The notes beneath the pieces are model-generated. The model was not told the DNA's origin. It worked only from the letters and a program-made list of their open reading frames with translations, and made no database searches. DNA of 64,000 nt, from the NCBI GenBank assembly GCA_024137785.1, contig JAHRHZ010000283.1, positions 42,709,020 to 42,773,019 of the forward strand. Direction: 5' to 3'. The first letter of the stretch is position 1. Every line of letters starts with the position of its first letter. The stretch is from Ginglymostoma cirratum (lineage: Eukaryota). Of this stretch, positions 1-12,317 are shown one piece after another. The position numbers and the translations under genes are program-made.

Positions 1-345
1 ATGTTGGTGGCCAGCCTGTCTCTGGAGAGGAGGACTCGAATGGACCAGGCGAAGGTGAGAGGAGAATGGAAATTGGAAGCGAAATGGATAAACTTTTCCA
101 GTTCTGGACGAGAGGGGAAAGCTCCACTAACGATGTCATCAGTGTATTGGAGAAAAAGTTTGTGGGTGGGTGCCCAACTAGGACTGAAACAAGGAATGCC
201 CACAAAGAGACTGGCATAACTGGGGTCCATTTACATATCCATGACCACACCTTTCATCTGAAGAGAGTGAGAGGTGTTAAAGTTATTCAAATTGAGGACC
301 AGCCTGGCCAGGTGGAGGAGGTGGATTGGGAATGGTTCAGCTTTT
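1..345 (-). mobile_element. Penelope-like element RT fragment (truncated by window edge)
   Basis: Minus strand reads approx. PSYASLFVG...LFLQYTDDIV...ELEKFIHFASNFH, the YxDD region of a PLE RT; same family as the RT at about 16900-17230. Confidence 0.7.
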
Positions 346-371
346 CCCCAGAAAATATGTTTAATGTCTCA

Positions 372-1411
372 AGGTTGTAGACATGCTCACCAAGCCAGTG
401 AGTTTGGTTGCAAACGTTCCGTCACCCTGCTAGGTAACATCGTCAGTGTGCCTCTGGTGAAGTGTCTGTGTTCTGTCCTGCTTGTTGTTTATATGCCTCG
501 GTTTGCTGGAGTGATTGGTTTTCCTCTTCATTTTGTTTCTCAGTGGTTTGTACAAAGGGTCTAATTCCATATGTTTGTTGATGGAGTTCTGGTTGGAATA
601 CCAGGCCTCCAGGAGTTCCCTGGCATGTCTCTGTTTGGCTTGTGTGATTATCGATGTTCTGTCCAAGTTGAATTCATGTCCCTCGTTCGTTACCCGAAAA
701 GCCCAATCCGCCGTTACTTCCGAGACAGACCACAACAGGAAGACACAACACGACCAGAATGACTTATCACCCTCTCATACATCAAGGGAGTTTCAGAGAT
801 GACCACAAGACTACTCAGACCCCTAAGTATCAGAGTCACCCACAAACCCAACAACCACCCTATGACAGCTACTGATGAACGTAAAGGATCCCGTACCTAA
901 AACTGCCAAAGCTGGGGTAACATGCAAATACCATGCAAGGACTGTGAGAAACACAATGTGGGCCAAAGAGGAAGAAAATTGACTGTACGGATGTATGAAC
1001 ACCAACTAACCACCAAGAAACGCGAGCAATTCTCACTTATCTCACTACGCACGAACAACGAGGGACACGAATTTGACTTGGACAAAACAACGATAATCAT
1101 ACAAGCCAAACAGAGACACAGCAGGGAAATCTTGGAGGCCTATTATACCAACAGGAACTCCATCAACAAACACATTGAATTAGACCCTGTGTACAAACCA
1201 CTGAGAAGCAAAACCAGGAGTAATGCCACCCATCCCAGCAAACCGAGGCATATAAGTAACAAGCGGGACAGAACACAGACACTTCACCTGAGGCACACTG
1301 ATGATGTTACCTAGCAAGGGGTGGTGAAACATTTGCAACCAAACCCATCGGCTTGGCGAGCGCGTCTACAACCTCATCCACAACCCGAGATACAAATCCT
1401 CTCAAATTTTA
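372..1411 (+). mobile_element. Penelope-like element 3' end (GIY-YIG endonuclease remnant) with inverted 5' copy
   Basis: ORF 922-1314 (IPCKDCEKHNVGQRGRKL..RMYEH...GHEFD...REILEA) is a decayed PLE endonuclease. 372-690 is an inverted copy of about 1055-1374 (ORF 430-735 on minus). Flanking direct repeat AATGTCTCA at 363-371 and 1412-1420. Confidence 0.8.
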
Positions 1412-2248
1412 AATGTCTCATAAGAAATGAAGTAACTAATATTGATGGTGTGAGATCATGTTAAGTTTGGAACTCGCCCCAGACCTTTTGTGGGGGACAA
1501 TTGAAATTTAATTTAATTTAATTTAATTATTGATTCTTTAATTACAGACAGTTGGTTACATTGCAGACACCAGCTAATGTTCTGTTCACACGTTATTCGA
1601 CAGTGCTTCAAAAAATCTTTTCCCCGAGTCTTGAAGCCCGCAAAATTAACACCACAAAATCAGTGAATGAGAATTGAAAAAATGCCTAGAAAAATAAGTT
1701 TTCCATGCTTCAAAGTCTGAATTTCCAGTGCTTGCCATTGGTTGCCTTTTGGACATCTTCAAGTTCGCATTGCTAACAGTTTCAGAAGTTTGTGATTTTC
1801 TGTTTAGCAATCATTTTTAGATTGCTGGAACTGTCATCTGTCACAAGTAACCCACTTTTAGTCTATTCAAACAGTTTCTCCTTTTGAATCTTTTCATTCT
1901 CTGCATCTCTGAATTTCTATTGAATATATTTAGAAGTGGTATCATTTTAAAATAACAATTTTGTAACTTTTAGACTTGGTTTGTCTTACCAGAAAAATGA
2001 ATTTTGATAAAATGCCTTAACCATGAGATTGTTATTTTAACACTTTGTGGCTCAATACTTCCAAGCTATGGCTAATTTTCTTTCACTGTCATGGTTGTAT
2101 ACAGATATTATTAATGACTGTACAAGAATTGTCTATGTAGGTGATGTAGGGAGTGTTATGTTTTGGCGGCATTTTGCTCTCGTGGAGCTGGTTCTGCATA
2201 TATTTACTTTCCTTTTGTCTTTAGAGTGATTGTTTTGTATATTTTCAG

Positions 2249-2337
2249 GTGGTACTGGAAGTCTTTCAAGCTTAACTGGTGGAACTTCTGAGCATCCTCC
2301 AGCACTACCTCGAAGAAAAGAAAAGAAAGAATTTCCC
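2249..2337 (+). CDS. MAP4K5: MAP4K5 coding exon (proline-rich linker, GTGSLSSLTGGTSEHPPALPRRKEKKEFP)
   Basis: ttttcag| acceptor and |gtatgt donor; ends in phase 0 and joins KPAINGLPPTPKV. Confidence 0.85.
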
Positions 2338-3721
2338 GTATGTTCCTTGTAATTTTCAAACCATTTGATTGTATTTCCTGCATTGTTACTTAGAAGATTT
2401 AGACCTCGAGTTTTGCTTCTGGGTTAGGATCACAGAACCGAGATATTCCTCATACTGCAAATCTAACCTCAGAAGAAGTGACATGGAGTCAAACCGAGTG
2501 GCCATGGAATGAGTGTGGAGCATGCCAGTTACTGGGGTGGGTTTTGTGGAAGGACTGCTTGTGCACTGGCACTTTGTGGTTAATTTTGTTTTAAAAGATG
2601 TAAAATGAAAACAGCCTACCAGTCCCCTCTCTCATTCTATGCCTCATCCATGCCAACCTATACTACTCCTTTCCCTTACCTATTCCATACCAATTCATGT
2701 AGTGCCTACTGTGAGAAGATCTCAGGAGCTATTCTGACATAAAGTGCTTATTAATGAAACATTATTTTTAAGGAAACTGTCATTGACTTACAAAATAGTA
2801 TTCAGTATATCAAAATCCCTTGAACTAATCTCCTACAATTGCAAACATTCACTTAGTACGCCATTCCTTCCTTTGTGAAAGCGAGCACTTCTATCCTGTA
2901 ACCACCTGAAGTTGTTAATCAAGATATCCATTCAACAAACACCACACTGTTTGGTTGATCAGTCATGCAGCACAAATCCTGTAATGATACCCTGCCAGCT
3001 GACATCAATACATTTTTCCAAACTCAAGTTTTATTTTTAAACTTGAAGCTCAACAGAGCTAAAGTTTATGATGACTTAACTCGCATGGCAGTTTCAATGA
3101 GTTTCTGCACTTTTTTTGTGCATTCAGGTCTACGCTTAACTACTGCCTCCAGAAGCGAGGCTGTGCAATTTTAGGTACCCCTTCATTCATTCTACCCCAA
3201 AAAAGCCTAATACCCTAAGCAGCATAGAGGCCAGTTTCAGGTCAAAGGCCTCAGGTTTGGGTCTAGCCCAGCATTTTTGCAAGAGCCTTTCTGACTATGA
3301 AAATTCACATTAGAGATGTACCTCAGATTCCACAGGTGATTTTCAAGGAAGCTTTCTCTTTCTATGGAAGTCATTGTGATTTTCAAGCTTGTTGTAACAT
3401 GTAAATAAAATTTCTATGACTATATATCTTACATATATAGTTACATTAAATTCATTTTACTCTGGATCAAATTGAAATGGGCACCAGACTGCACCTATTA
3501 CCTTTGTTGATGTACTCTCCCCAGCCTGGCAAACCAGGAGGTCAGATGACTTTGAATCTCTTTTTAACTTCTCACACATTACAATGGCACCTTTTGTGGA
3601 TAACAGGTGTTGGAGCCAAGTGATTATCATATACAATTTTTGTCATGCTACTAAATTGTATTTTGCTGAAATAACTGAATTTAACCTCTTAATGATGTTC
3701 AACATTGACATTTTTTATTAG

Positions 3722-3763
3722 AAGCCTGCAATCAATGGCCTTCCTCCAACTCCAAAGGTTCAT
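3722..3763 (+). CDS. MAP4K5: MAP4K5 coding exon (KPAINGLPPTPKVH)
   Basis: ttattag| and |gtaagt; conserved GCK-I family motif preceding the CNH domain. Confidence 0.95.
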
Positions 3764-4425
3764 GTAAGTCATTTTTTTAAGCATAATCCCTTTAATACAC
3801 TCAAATGTGATAGGTTGAGGATAAAGTCAGACAAATACATGGGTACTTTATTGGAGTCATTAAGCTAGGTATATTAATTGATTGATATTGTTGATATTCT
3901 ATGATAACACAAAACCCTCCTTTTATTTCTATGTATATGGTAATCAAGTATTTCGTTGAGCAGTGCGATCTCTAATGTACGTTCTGCGGAGTAAAGTGTC
4001 TCCATTGAAGATTGGCGCTAACTTTTATTCATGTTCATTTTCTTTTCCTCAAGCATTCCTATGACATCTTTGACTAGAATTGTCCCATAATACTTTTTAA
4101 AAATTTTTTTTTTTATTTTTTACTGTGGTCCGAGTACACTACGGTTTGAGTTGTAGTTGTGGATTTCGAGCTAGGACCCACTATTGTATTGACTGTGTGC
4201 TACCACACTTCACCGTTTAATTTCACCCGATTGCCTTTACCTTGAAGGAGGAATTCAGCTTAATACAACTGCATACACCTTCCACTACCTTACAGTATAG
4301 TAACTTTTCTCTAATGAACCAAAAATGTGTACAACTGAAGGCTGAATAGGAGCCACATGAACTCTATCTAAATATCCTTGTCATCCTACATGAGAAGAGG
4401 TACTGGACAACAAGCCGAAATGATG

Positions 4426-4655
4426 CAAAAACAGAAGTTGCCGGAAAAGCTGGGCAGGCCTAGCAATATCCGTAAAGAAAAGAAATCAGAGTTAACGTTT
4501 TGCGTCCGATGACTCTTCCGGTTCGGAGGAAGGGCCACTGGACCCGAAATGTTAACTCTGATTTCTTCACAGATGCTGCCAGACCTTCTGAGCTTTTCTA
4601 GCAACTTCTCTTTTTGTTCCTGATTTTACAGCATCCACAGTTCTTTTGGTTTTTA
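4426..4655 (+). mobile_element. Short hairpin-shaped Penelope-derived element with decayed hammerhead core
   Basis: Inverted arms (about 4431-4519 and 4534-4608) match the terminus of the 15663-18965 PLE; core reads CGGAGGA-AGGGCC-ACTG-GACCC-GAAATGTT. Confidence 0.75.
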
Positions 4656-5054
4656 TTCAGCAGTAGTAATACCTGTCTGAGTTCATCCGTGACAATGGCA
4701 AGACAAGAATATATTTTTTTCCTAAGGTTTAACACATCTTGTTCCCTTTCTGCTCCCACTGCTTAACCTTACCATCCTTGATGATAGCAGATATTTGTGG
4801 AGTTTGAATTTGTGCCAAATAATACAAATGACTATAAGTAATAACTATAGTTATTTGGTAGTACAGAACTTGAGCATTGCTGAAAAAACACAAATTTTGT
4901 TGAAGCTTTCATTTGCACTCAGCAGGACAGTTCACAAAAATACCAAAGTAGAAGGGAAAACAACAAGTATATTGAATGAGAAAATAGTGCTGATCATTTG
5001 GCAAGTGGACTGTGATTGATAGGGGCATTGCCTTGAAAATGCGATGTTTTCTCA

Positions 5055-5600
5055 CACCTCCTCAGGGCCCTTGAAGTACCATCAATACAGTTTGAGATAA
5101 ACTCTCCGCATCAGTTTGGAGGGCAGGCATACCATCATATTCCTTGAAAGAGCAAACAGAACCAGTGTAGTGGCCCTGGTCATCCAAAATCAACTTCGCT
5201 GGGCCAGCCATGTACTCTGGGTGTTTGACTTCTGACTGCCAAAGCAAATCATCTTTGCCCAGCCCAAGGAAGACATTTGAATGAAAGAAGGACAAGGAAA
5301 ATGTTCCAAAAGACATCCTGAAGGCCTATCTCAAGAAATGCAACATGAATGTCAGTGCATGAGAGGCACTCATTCAGAAGAAACTGACTTGGAGGAACCT
5401 CCTGTATGATGACAGGCAACTCTTTGAGAACACCAGTTGGCGAGACCAAGTACAAAAAATAAACCAGAGAAAGGAGTGCCAGCAATCTCAAGGCCAAGGG
5501 CCAATTCCATCTCCTGGAAACATCTGACAAGTGTGGTTGGAGATGTGGCTCTAGGATCAGGCTCGTCAACCACGCAAGGACTCTCTAAAACCGTGACCAT
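5055..5600 (+). mobile_element. RTE-clade LINE 3' fragment
   Basis: Decayed translation NQLRWASHV...LPKQIIFAQ...GQGKCSKDILKAYLKKCN resembles the RTE post-RT region. Confidence 0.65.
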
Positions 5601-6001
5601 GAATTTCCAAGGTGAACAATTGTACTTCATTACTGTGTGCCACCTGTAGACCATGGAGAATGCACCAGTTAATGATGACAATTGTTAACTGCCACATTTA
5701 TGTAAATTTTAAACTGGGCGGTTGACTAGTCAAGGCATTGCCCTAAGACATGAACCAGAGAATGGCTATCACCTATTTTATTGAGTTGAAGCAGGTACAA
5801 TATGTCTATATATTCTTTTTCAGCAACTTGTGTTTAAGTACCTTGATTCTAGAGCCCACTTCAAATGCTAAACAATTGTTCTGTACCATAGGTTATTTTT
5901 CAAGTAGGAACAAGTTGATTCTCAAATGTTTTCTTGGAAAGTGTTCAGTTTTTGCAAAACTAACAACTACATTTTTGAATGTTTAAACTCTCCTCCTATA
6001 G

Positions 6002-6086
6002 ATGGGTGCCTGCTTTACAAAGGTATTTGATGGATGTCCTTTGAAGATAAGTTGTGCAACATCTTGGATACACCCTGAAACAAAGG
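6002..6086 (+). CDS. MAP4K5: MAP4K5 coding exon ([31 protein letters not shown] start)
   Basis: cctatag| and |gtaatg; phase 0 to 1. Confidence 0.96.
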
Positions 6087-6197
6087 GTAATGCTATTAAG
6101 CAAAAATTGCTTTCACACTGAAGCTATTTACAAAAAAAGTTACGCAGTATTTCTTCCAATGAAATATTAACTTTGGCATTGTTTTTCTTTAAATTAG

Positions 6198-6277
6198 ACC
6201 AATATTTAATATTTGGAACTGAAGATGGCATTTATACATTAAATCTGAATGAGCTGCATGAAGCTTCAATGGAACAA
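6198..6277 (+). CDS. MAP4K5: MAP4K5 coding exon (DQYLIFGTEDGIYTLNLNELHEASMEQ)
   Basis: aattag| and |gtaagc; phase 1 to 0. Confidence 0.96.
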
Positions 6278-6462
6278 GTAAGCATAATGAACATAGATTT
6301 TATCTGGTCTTTCTTGCAATTGCAGCATTGTCAGAACTGTAACACTGAACTTTAGGATTCTGTTTTGACAAGTGGAGTAATGGCTATGCAAATCTATTGG
6401 AATAACTTTGATTTAACTTCTCAATGTTTTTAATGGATGTTAATTGAAATGTATTTTCCCAG

Positions 6463-6523
6463 CTTTTTCCCAGGCGATGTACCTGGCTGTACGTTATCAA
6501 TAATATTTTAATGTCTTTATCAG
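6463..6523 (+). CDS. MAP4K5: MAP4K5 coding exon (LFPRRCTWLYVINNILMSLS)
   Basis: ttcccag| and |gtatgt; phase 0 to 1. Confidence 0.96.
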
Positions 6524-7304
6524 GTATGTATCCATTTGGTCAAGTCTTAAGAATAATACTTGAACTTTGCTTTTGAAAATTTATTTCACTTTATTGCCGG
6601 TCAATAGGTGTAACAAGCGATATTGTAGATACACTTTAATTTATTTTCATGGGAACGCGGCAAATTGAAAATCAATTTTAATTGTTGTGATGAATTTTGA
6701 GTTTTAATCTTCCTATGTTATTATTGCAATACAATAGAATATAAAAATGATGATTAAAGCTGATGTTGCTCTGACAATAGAAGTGAAAAATAGCAGAAGA
6801 GATAATTATGCAAAAGAGAAAATTAAGACACAGCCGTATGCAGTAACTTATGAAGTAGAAATGTAAATAAAGTATGACAGTACTGAACAGTGTGTAAACA
6901 TGACTCTAAAATAAGGGTGAACTAGGGATTCAAGAAACCAAGGAGAGGGGTAACCTAGTGAAAGGAAACAGACTCTAAGAGTTTGTATAGGTACCCAATA
7001 GTCAGAGATAATACAAGTCGTATCAAAAAAATTTAGCAGCACAAAGCATCTGCTGGTTGCTTTAAAACAAGTGACATTTGCAAAATTCCTAGTTAAGATT
7101 TAGAACACACAAATCTTTGGGTGCCACTGGGGAGGTCTGACTCGCTTTGGTATTCTGGCCTCGATCCTGTACTTTTTTGTACTCTAATTTCAGTCCTGTT
7201 GTTTTGGTGGATGACTGTAAAGTAGCTCCTTATTGACTGTTTGCAGTTCTCGAGTGCCAGAAGGAATTTTATATTTTGAAATAACCTAAATTACTCAGTA
7301 GTGT

Positions 7305-7600
7305 GGATAAGTGATGGCCTACTAGTATTATCACGAGATTATTAATTCATAAACTAGATAATGTTCTGGAGACGTAGTTGTGAATCTCAACATGTTGGAA
7401 TTTGAATTCAATTTTAAAAATCTGGAATTAAGAGTACAACGATAAACATGAAACTATTATTGATTGTCAGAAAAACCCATCTGGTTCACGAATGTCCTTT
7501 TATGAAAAGCAACTACTGTCCTCACTATATATATATATATATATATACTTAAAAACTCACTGCAACATTGACTCTTAACTGCCATCTGGGTAATTGGGGA
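7305..7600 (+). mobile_element. tRNA-derived SINE, same family as 63123-63447
   Basis: Shares blocks GGAATTTGAAT...GAATTAAGA...GATTGTCAG.AAAACCCATCTGGTTCAC.AATGTCCTTT with the 63 kb copy. Confidence 0.65.
7526..7547. repeat. (TA)11 microsatellite
   Basis: Read directly. Confidence 0.95.
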
Positions 7601-8725
7601 TACTGAACTGATCTCTGGCAGAAGAGTAGTGAGGGCTAATACCATTGATATCTCAACCAGCACTTACACTCTTTACTGCTGCTCTGAACTGGATATAAAG
7701 ATTTGCTCCCTTGTGTAACTGGGGGGAAAATAATTGAACACCTGACGCTGATAGCTATCCATTGATGCCATTTGAAAAGTATGCATGTTTAAACTTGTAC
7801 AGAAACAAAATGCATCAAGAATGGTCATTCGGTTGAGATGTTGAAAATCTCTTTCTCCCTTGAAACCATACTTCCAAGATGAATTACATTGTTTAAACAC
7901 CAGAAAAAGGGATCGCTTTGAAAATAAATTACTGAATTTTGCAACATATACTGGACTCTTAATGTAAATCATTCACTGTTAAAATTTTACTTTCTGGCAC
8001 GAGTCACTGGACAGAAGTCAGAACTGTTTCTTCTACCTTTTTTTTCAAAAGCAAACCACTGCTCCTCTTAAACCCAATAATTCTGAAGTTTGTGTATTCT
8101 GTCTACTGCTTCATGTGGCGATGTTAATTGATTTTGTACATTGCAGGGATCAAATCTAGACCATCTTAATTAGTTACCATCATGAGGATTTTAAAATTGG
8201 GAATACTGACCAGCTTGCCCTTGCGGACTGCCTAAGTATCAGTCATAGAATAAGAGAGTCATGAATCAGTACTTTATTGATGTAGAACAGTGGGAAAATG
8301 TAGTTTAAATTAATTAAAATGATAAATTTATGGCATGGTTCCAATGAATATTAAACAGTTTTTTTCAGGTGCACCATATAAATATGCTTTAATGTATACA
8401 CAATGCTATTCTAAACTCAGATATCCTTTTTTGAGGTTTGTCTATTGTCGATGTTTGTATGTATTAAATAGTATAGGACGATGAAAATTTGAACTTGATA
8501 ATTTTCGAAAATAGTTTATATTGTCTTTACAATCTTATAAAATGTGCTTTGTCATTTGCACTGAAATTAGGTTTTAACTAAAATAATCGTTGAACTGTTC
8601 TTTCCTTTTGTTGTTCATAATAGACACTTGTTTAAACTCCTGAAAAATTAATCAACCCTCTTGTGTTCTCCTTTTCCCATAATGGCTTCATCTTGTGTCT
8701 AAATTGACCCGCTTACTGCGCGCAG

Positions 8726-8728
8726 AAG
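8726..8728 (+). CDS. MAP4K5: Candidate 3-nt MAP4K5 microexon (AAG; SLS-GKT becomes SLS-E-GKT)
   Basis: actgcgcgcag|AAG|gtaaac; about 100 nt AG-free pyrimidine-rich upstream zone; TGC at -9; frame-preserving in a phase-1 intron. Confidence 0.75.
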
Positions 8729-8794
8729 GTAAACACATTGTATAAACCAAAGCTGAAGATATTTAAATTATGTTTTTATCAGGATTTTTGTCAC

Positions 8795-9305
8795 TTTTAT
8801 GGATGACTTTAATCTTCATATGGATTAGGGTAGTCGGATTGGCAGAGGAAGCCATGAGGAAGAATTTGGAGTGTATTTGGAACTGTTTCCAGGAACAGTT
8901 ATGTTGTGGACCCAACCTGGGATTTGGCTATTTCAGGTCTGGTGATGTGTGTTGAGGCAGGTTAAATAAATTGTCAGAATAAACAATCTCGTAGGAAACT
9001 GACCAGAACACGGTGAAATGTAACATTTAGTTTGAGAGGGAGGAACTTGGGTTGGAAACAACTTGATGAAATTTAAATAAGGATAATAACAAAAGAGTGA
9101 GGGCAGAGATGGCTGGAGTGGACTGGGGAAGGAGTTTAGTAGCAAAGATAGTTGAGCAACAATAGCAGGCTTTTAAGAAAATAATTAATGGCTCAGAGCA
9201 AAGATAACTTCGTGAAGAAGGAGGATTCCAGGAGTGGTTAACCACCGAAGTTGAGGAGAAAATCAAATTGAAAGAAGAAAAACATACAATGTGGCAAAGA
9301 TGAGG
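8795..9305 (+). mobile_element. Decayed CR1 LINE fragment (endonuclease/tether region)
   Basis: ATGGATGACTTTAATCTTCATATGGATT resembles the GDFN.H.DW APE motif, followed by typical CR1 blocks. Confidence 0.55.
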
Positions 9306-10271
9306 AAATTTCAGAGCCCTAAGACCCTGAGGGCTCTAATGCTGTTGACGGCATGGTAAGAAGAGTTGCTGTTTGTCGGATTGGATGAGGTTGGAAATGT
9401 GAAGGAATTTAAATTAGCAAGACGGGAGTAATTGGGTATTAGTGTAGATCACCAGACAAGTGGGTATTTGATGAGCAAGAATAATTTGGAAAGTAATAGA
9501 AGAAGCAGATTTTTCGATGAGAGGCTTATGGTAAGTGGAGGATGGAGAAGATTTGAAATAGCTGAATCTGAAAACGAGATGTAATCAAGGGTTTCAGGAC
9601 AAATGTCTGATTCAGAGATGGAAACATGCAATGTTAAAGGTAGAAATAGCTGGTCTTTATGGTAGAGAGCATATAGGATTGCAAGATCTGTCCAGATTTG
9701 ATTTGGATACTGAGCAATTTGGAGTTGAGCATGGTATTGTTAATAATGAAGATGAACACCAGCTTGTATATTGTACACTTGTAGAATAGCCGTATTATAT
9801 GTATAAGTATGAGGTGTTTTTTTTGTTTTTGAATGAAAAACAAGGCCACATCGTGTATGAGTAATAGTTTACATTGAATAGAGGAACAATGTGATGTAGG
9901 AGTTCAGATATACAAGTCACTAAACGTAGTAACACAGGTTAATTGTGTAACTTTTGTTTTCTTTTATGAAAGTAAGCACTGGTGCTCACTTCTAGAATAA
10001 TAGAATTGGACAGCTGAGAAGTTAATGTTCAATTTCTTTAGGACCTTGGTCAGACCATGCCAACATATTGTGCACAGTACTGATCTCCATTCAATGAAAA
10101 GAATATGCAGGGATATGAGAAGAGCATTGGAAAATAACATTGTGACAACATTTTGCTGCTAAATTGGGTGTTACCATGACCCCACAATACAGATTCCATG
10201 TTTCCATTTCCATTTTCGTTTTGGCTGGTATTTTGGATTAAGCCTATTACTTACACTCTTCCTTCTGCACT

Positions 10272-10281
10272 NNNNNNNNNN
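10272..10281. other. Assembly gap (10 N)
   Basis: Run of N beside a C-rich tract. Confidence 0.99.
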
Positions 10282-10977
10282 CCTCCCCTTTCCCTTCCAC
10301 CTCCCACCTCCCCCGCCGTCCTTGGCTCCTATGTCCCTCTGGCATAAAGGCATTTGAAATGATGCCAGAACTGAAGATGTGCTCATTAGGAAATGGCTGA
10401 ACAAGCTAACTCTTTATTCTAGGAAAAAGAAGACCCGAGAGTAATCCGATAGAGATCTTGATAAATCCCTTCTGGTATTTGAGAGAAACCTCATTATCCA
10501 GACAGTGGTAAGAATGTGGAACATGCTACAAAGAGGATATTTGGTCAAATGCAAAACTGCATTCTTTGGGCATGGAATGTCAGTTTTTTGTGGAGTTCCT
10601 GGTGAGGGTTTCAAGGAGAGGAGGGACAGAAGAATAAAAGAATTGAATTGGAATAGCAGGCAGAAAGACTGAAGTAATAGGCTCAATTCGGAGCACCAGC
10701 CAAAATGCATATGTGAATGGATGCAAAGAATTTGGATCATGTAGCTGCAGTAAACCTTGGGAAGTTCATGTTCTCATCATAAATCAGAGATGATTTTGGA
10801 GAATTCAAAATTGAAGCTTATTTTGGGTAATACCTTGTTGGGATGAATTGGAGAATATTGATAGGCCAAATTGACTACATCCTATCAACAAACCAGTGTA
10901 AAAGTTCAGAACAGTGTGTTCTGAATAGATTTCAATTGTCCATTTTTGACTTCTTTCATATTTCTTTACAATTGCAG

Positions 10978-11092
10978 GCAAGACCTTTCAGCTTTATTCA
11001 CACAATCTGGTTGCCTTATTTGAACAGGCCAAAAAACCAGGCCTGGCATCCCATATTCAAACACATCGTTTCCCTGACAAGATAATACCCAG
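10978..11092 (+). CDS. MAP4K5: MAP4K5 coding exon (GKTFQLYSHNLVALFEQAKKPGLASHIQTHRFPDKIIP)
   Basis: attgcag| and |gtaagc; phase 1 to 2; KTFQLYSHNL and HIQTHRFPD fit MAP4K5 rather than MAP4K3. Confidence 0.96.
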
Positions 11093-11636
11093 GTAAGCAA
11101 ATACATTTGTACTGTTTGAATGTGGAACAATGTAAAATCTGTTTTCATTATTCCACATCCTCATTCCACATTTTTTTTGTGCAGTTCTCTAAGTAGCTCC
11201 AGGTAGAGCATATGATTAATTCTGGCACTGATTCATGATGTGCAAACTAATATCTGAGAACGTAAATGACAAAATCAGAAAATATGCAAAATGAAACATT
11301 TTCGGGTGTCATCCTTGGAAAAAATTACTTTCAGGTGTACAGGTCCTTTAATCAGATCTTTTGATTAAGATCTTACACTATGACAAAGATTATACCAATC
11401 AATAGCATTTTTCAAAAAGAACAGGAACGGAAGATTAAAATGGCTATAAATGTTTAGTTGGAAGATGAGGCAAAGCAATTAAAATGGTTGGTGGATGGCA
11501 TAATGAGAGGAATAGACACATTGTTGAATTCAAAGCCATATTCAAGATACCAACTTGTAGCATGAACCATAACCCACAAATGACTTCAGATAATGAATGT
11601 GAAAGAACTAAAATCTACCTTGTACGTTGTTTCTAG

Positions 11637-11695
11637 GAGGTTTGCATTAACAACAAAAATTCCAGAAACAAAAGGCTGCCACAAATGCTGCATTG
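11637..11695 (+). CDS. MAP4K5: MAP4K5 coding exon (RFALTTKIPETKGCHKCCI)
   Basis: tttctag| and |gtgtgt; phase 2 to 1. Confidence 0.95.
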
Positions 11696-12213
11696 GTGTG
11701 TAAAATTCTTTATTTTTAAAATTCTGTTCTTTTTAAGCATTTGCTTGGAACATAGCTGTTAAATATAGAAAGTTTCTGTTTAATGTGTTTTCATAAGGAT
11801 ATGATTGTGACTCTATCACTGTTCATGTGATTGTATATAATTTGTTTCAGTCAATACTACTATGATCTGTTTACTGGGAAGTGTGCAAAAATGGTCCTTT
11901 AAAATTGCTCCTTTTCCTTTTTATTTGGTATTCCAGCATACGCCCCACCCCTTCCCCAAAAAAAAGCAAAACAGCTAAAATCAGGAATTTGAACTGTAAA
12001 AGTTGTTGCAATTCACGTCTACAAATCTTTTTCTCTTGAAAAGCCCAGTAGATAAAACAATGACCATCGACATATAGAAATACTGCATGGCTGGTACAAG
12101 AAAATTTAATTTAATGACTGCATTTGGAAGCAAGTTCATATCATTTGGAAATTTTTTTTTAGTTTTTTGAAAGCTTAGTAACACGTAACCGTTGATGTGT
12201 TTGCTAACTGTAG

Positions 12214-12317
12214 TGCGGAATCCATATACTGGACATAAATACCTCTGTGGGGCGCTGCAGTCTGGTATTGTCTTACTTCAGTGGTATGAGCCGATGCAAA
12301 AGTTCATGTTGATAAAG
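12214..12317 (+). CDS. MAP4K5: MAP4K5 coding exon ([35 protein letters not shown])
   Basis: ctaactgtag| and |gtcagt; phase 1 to 0. Confidence 0.97.

Noticed and set aside
2395-3310. Possible ancient MITE-like element (similar ones near 22385-22990 and 49440-49865)
   Set aside because: Too decayed for me to define TIRs or TSDs.
8770-8955. ORF after ttttatcag as a possible alternative terminal exon
   Set aside because: Most of it is decayed CR1 endonuclease sequence with no supporting homology.
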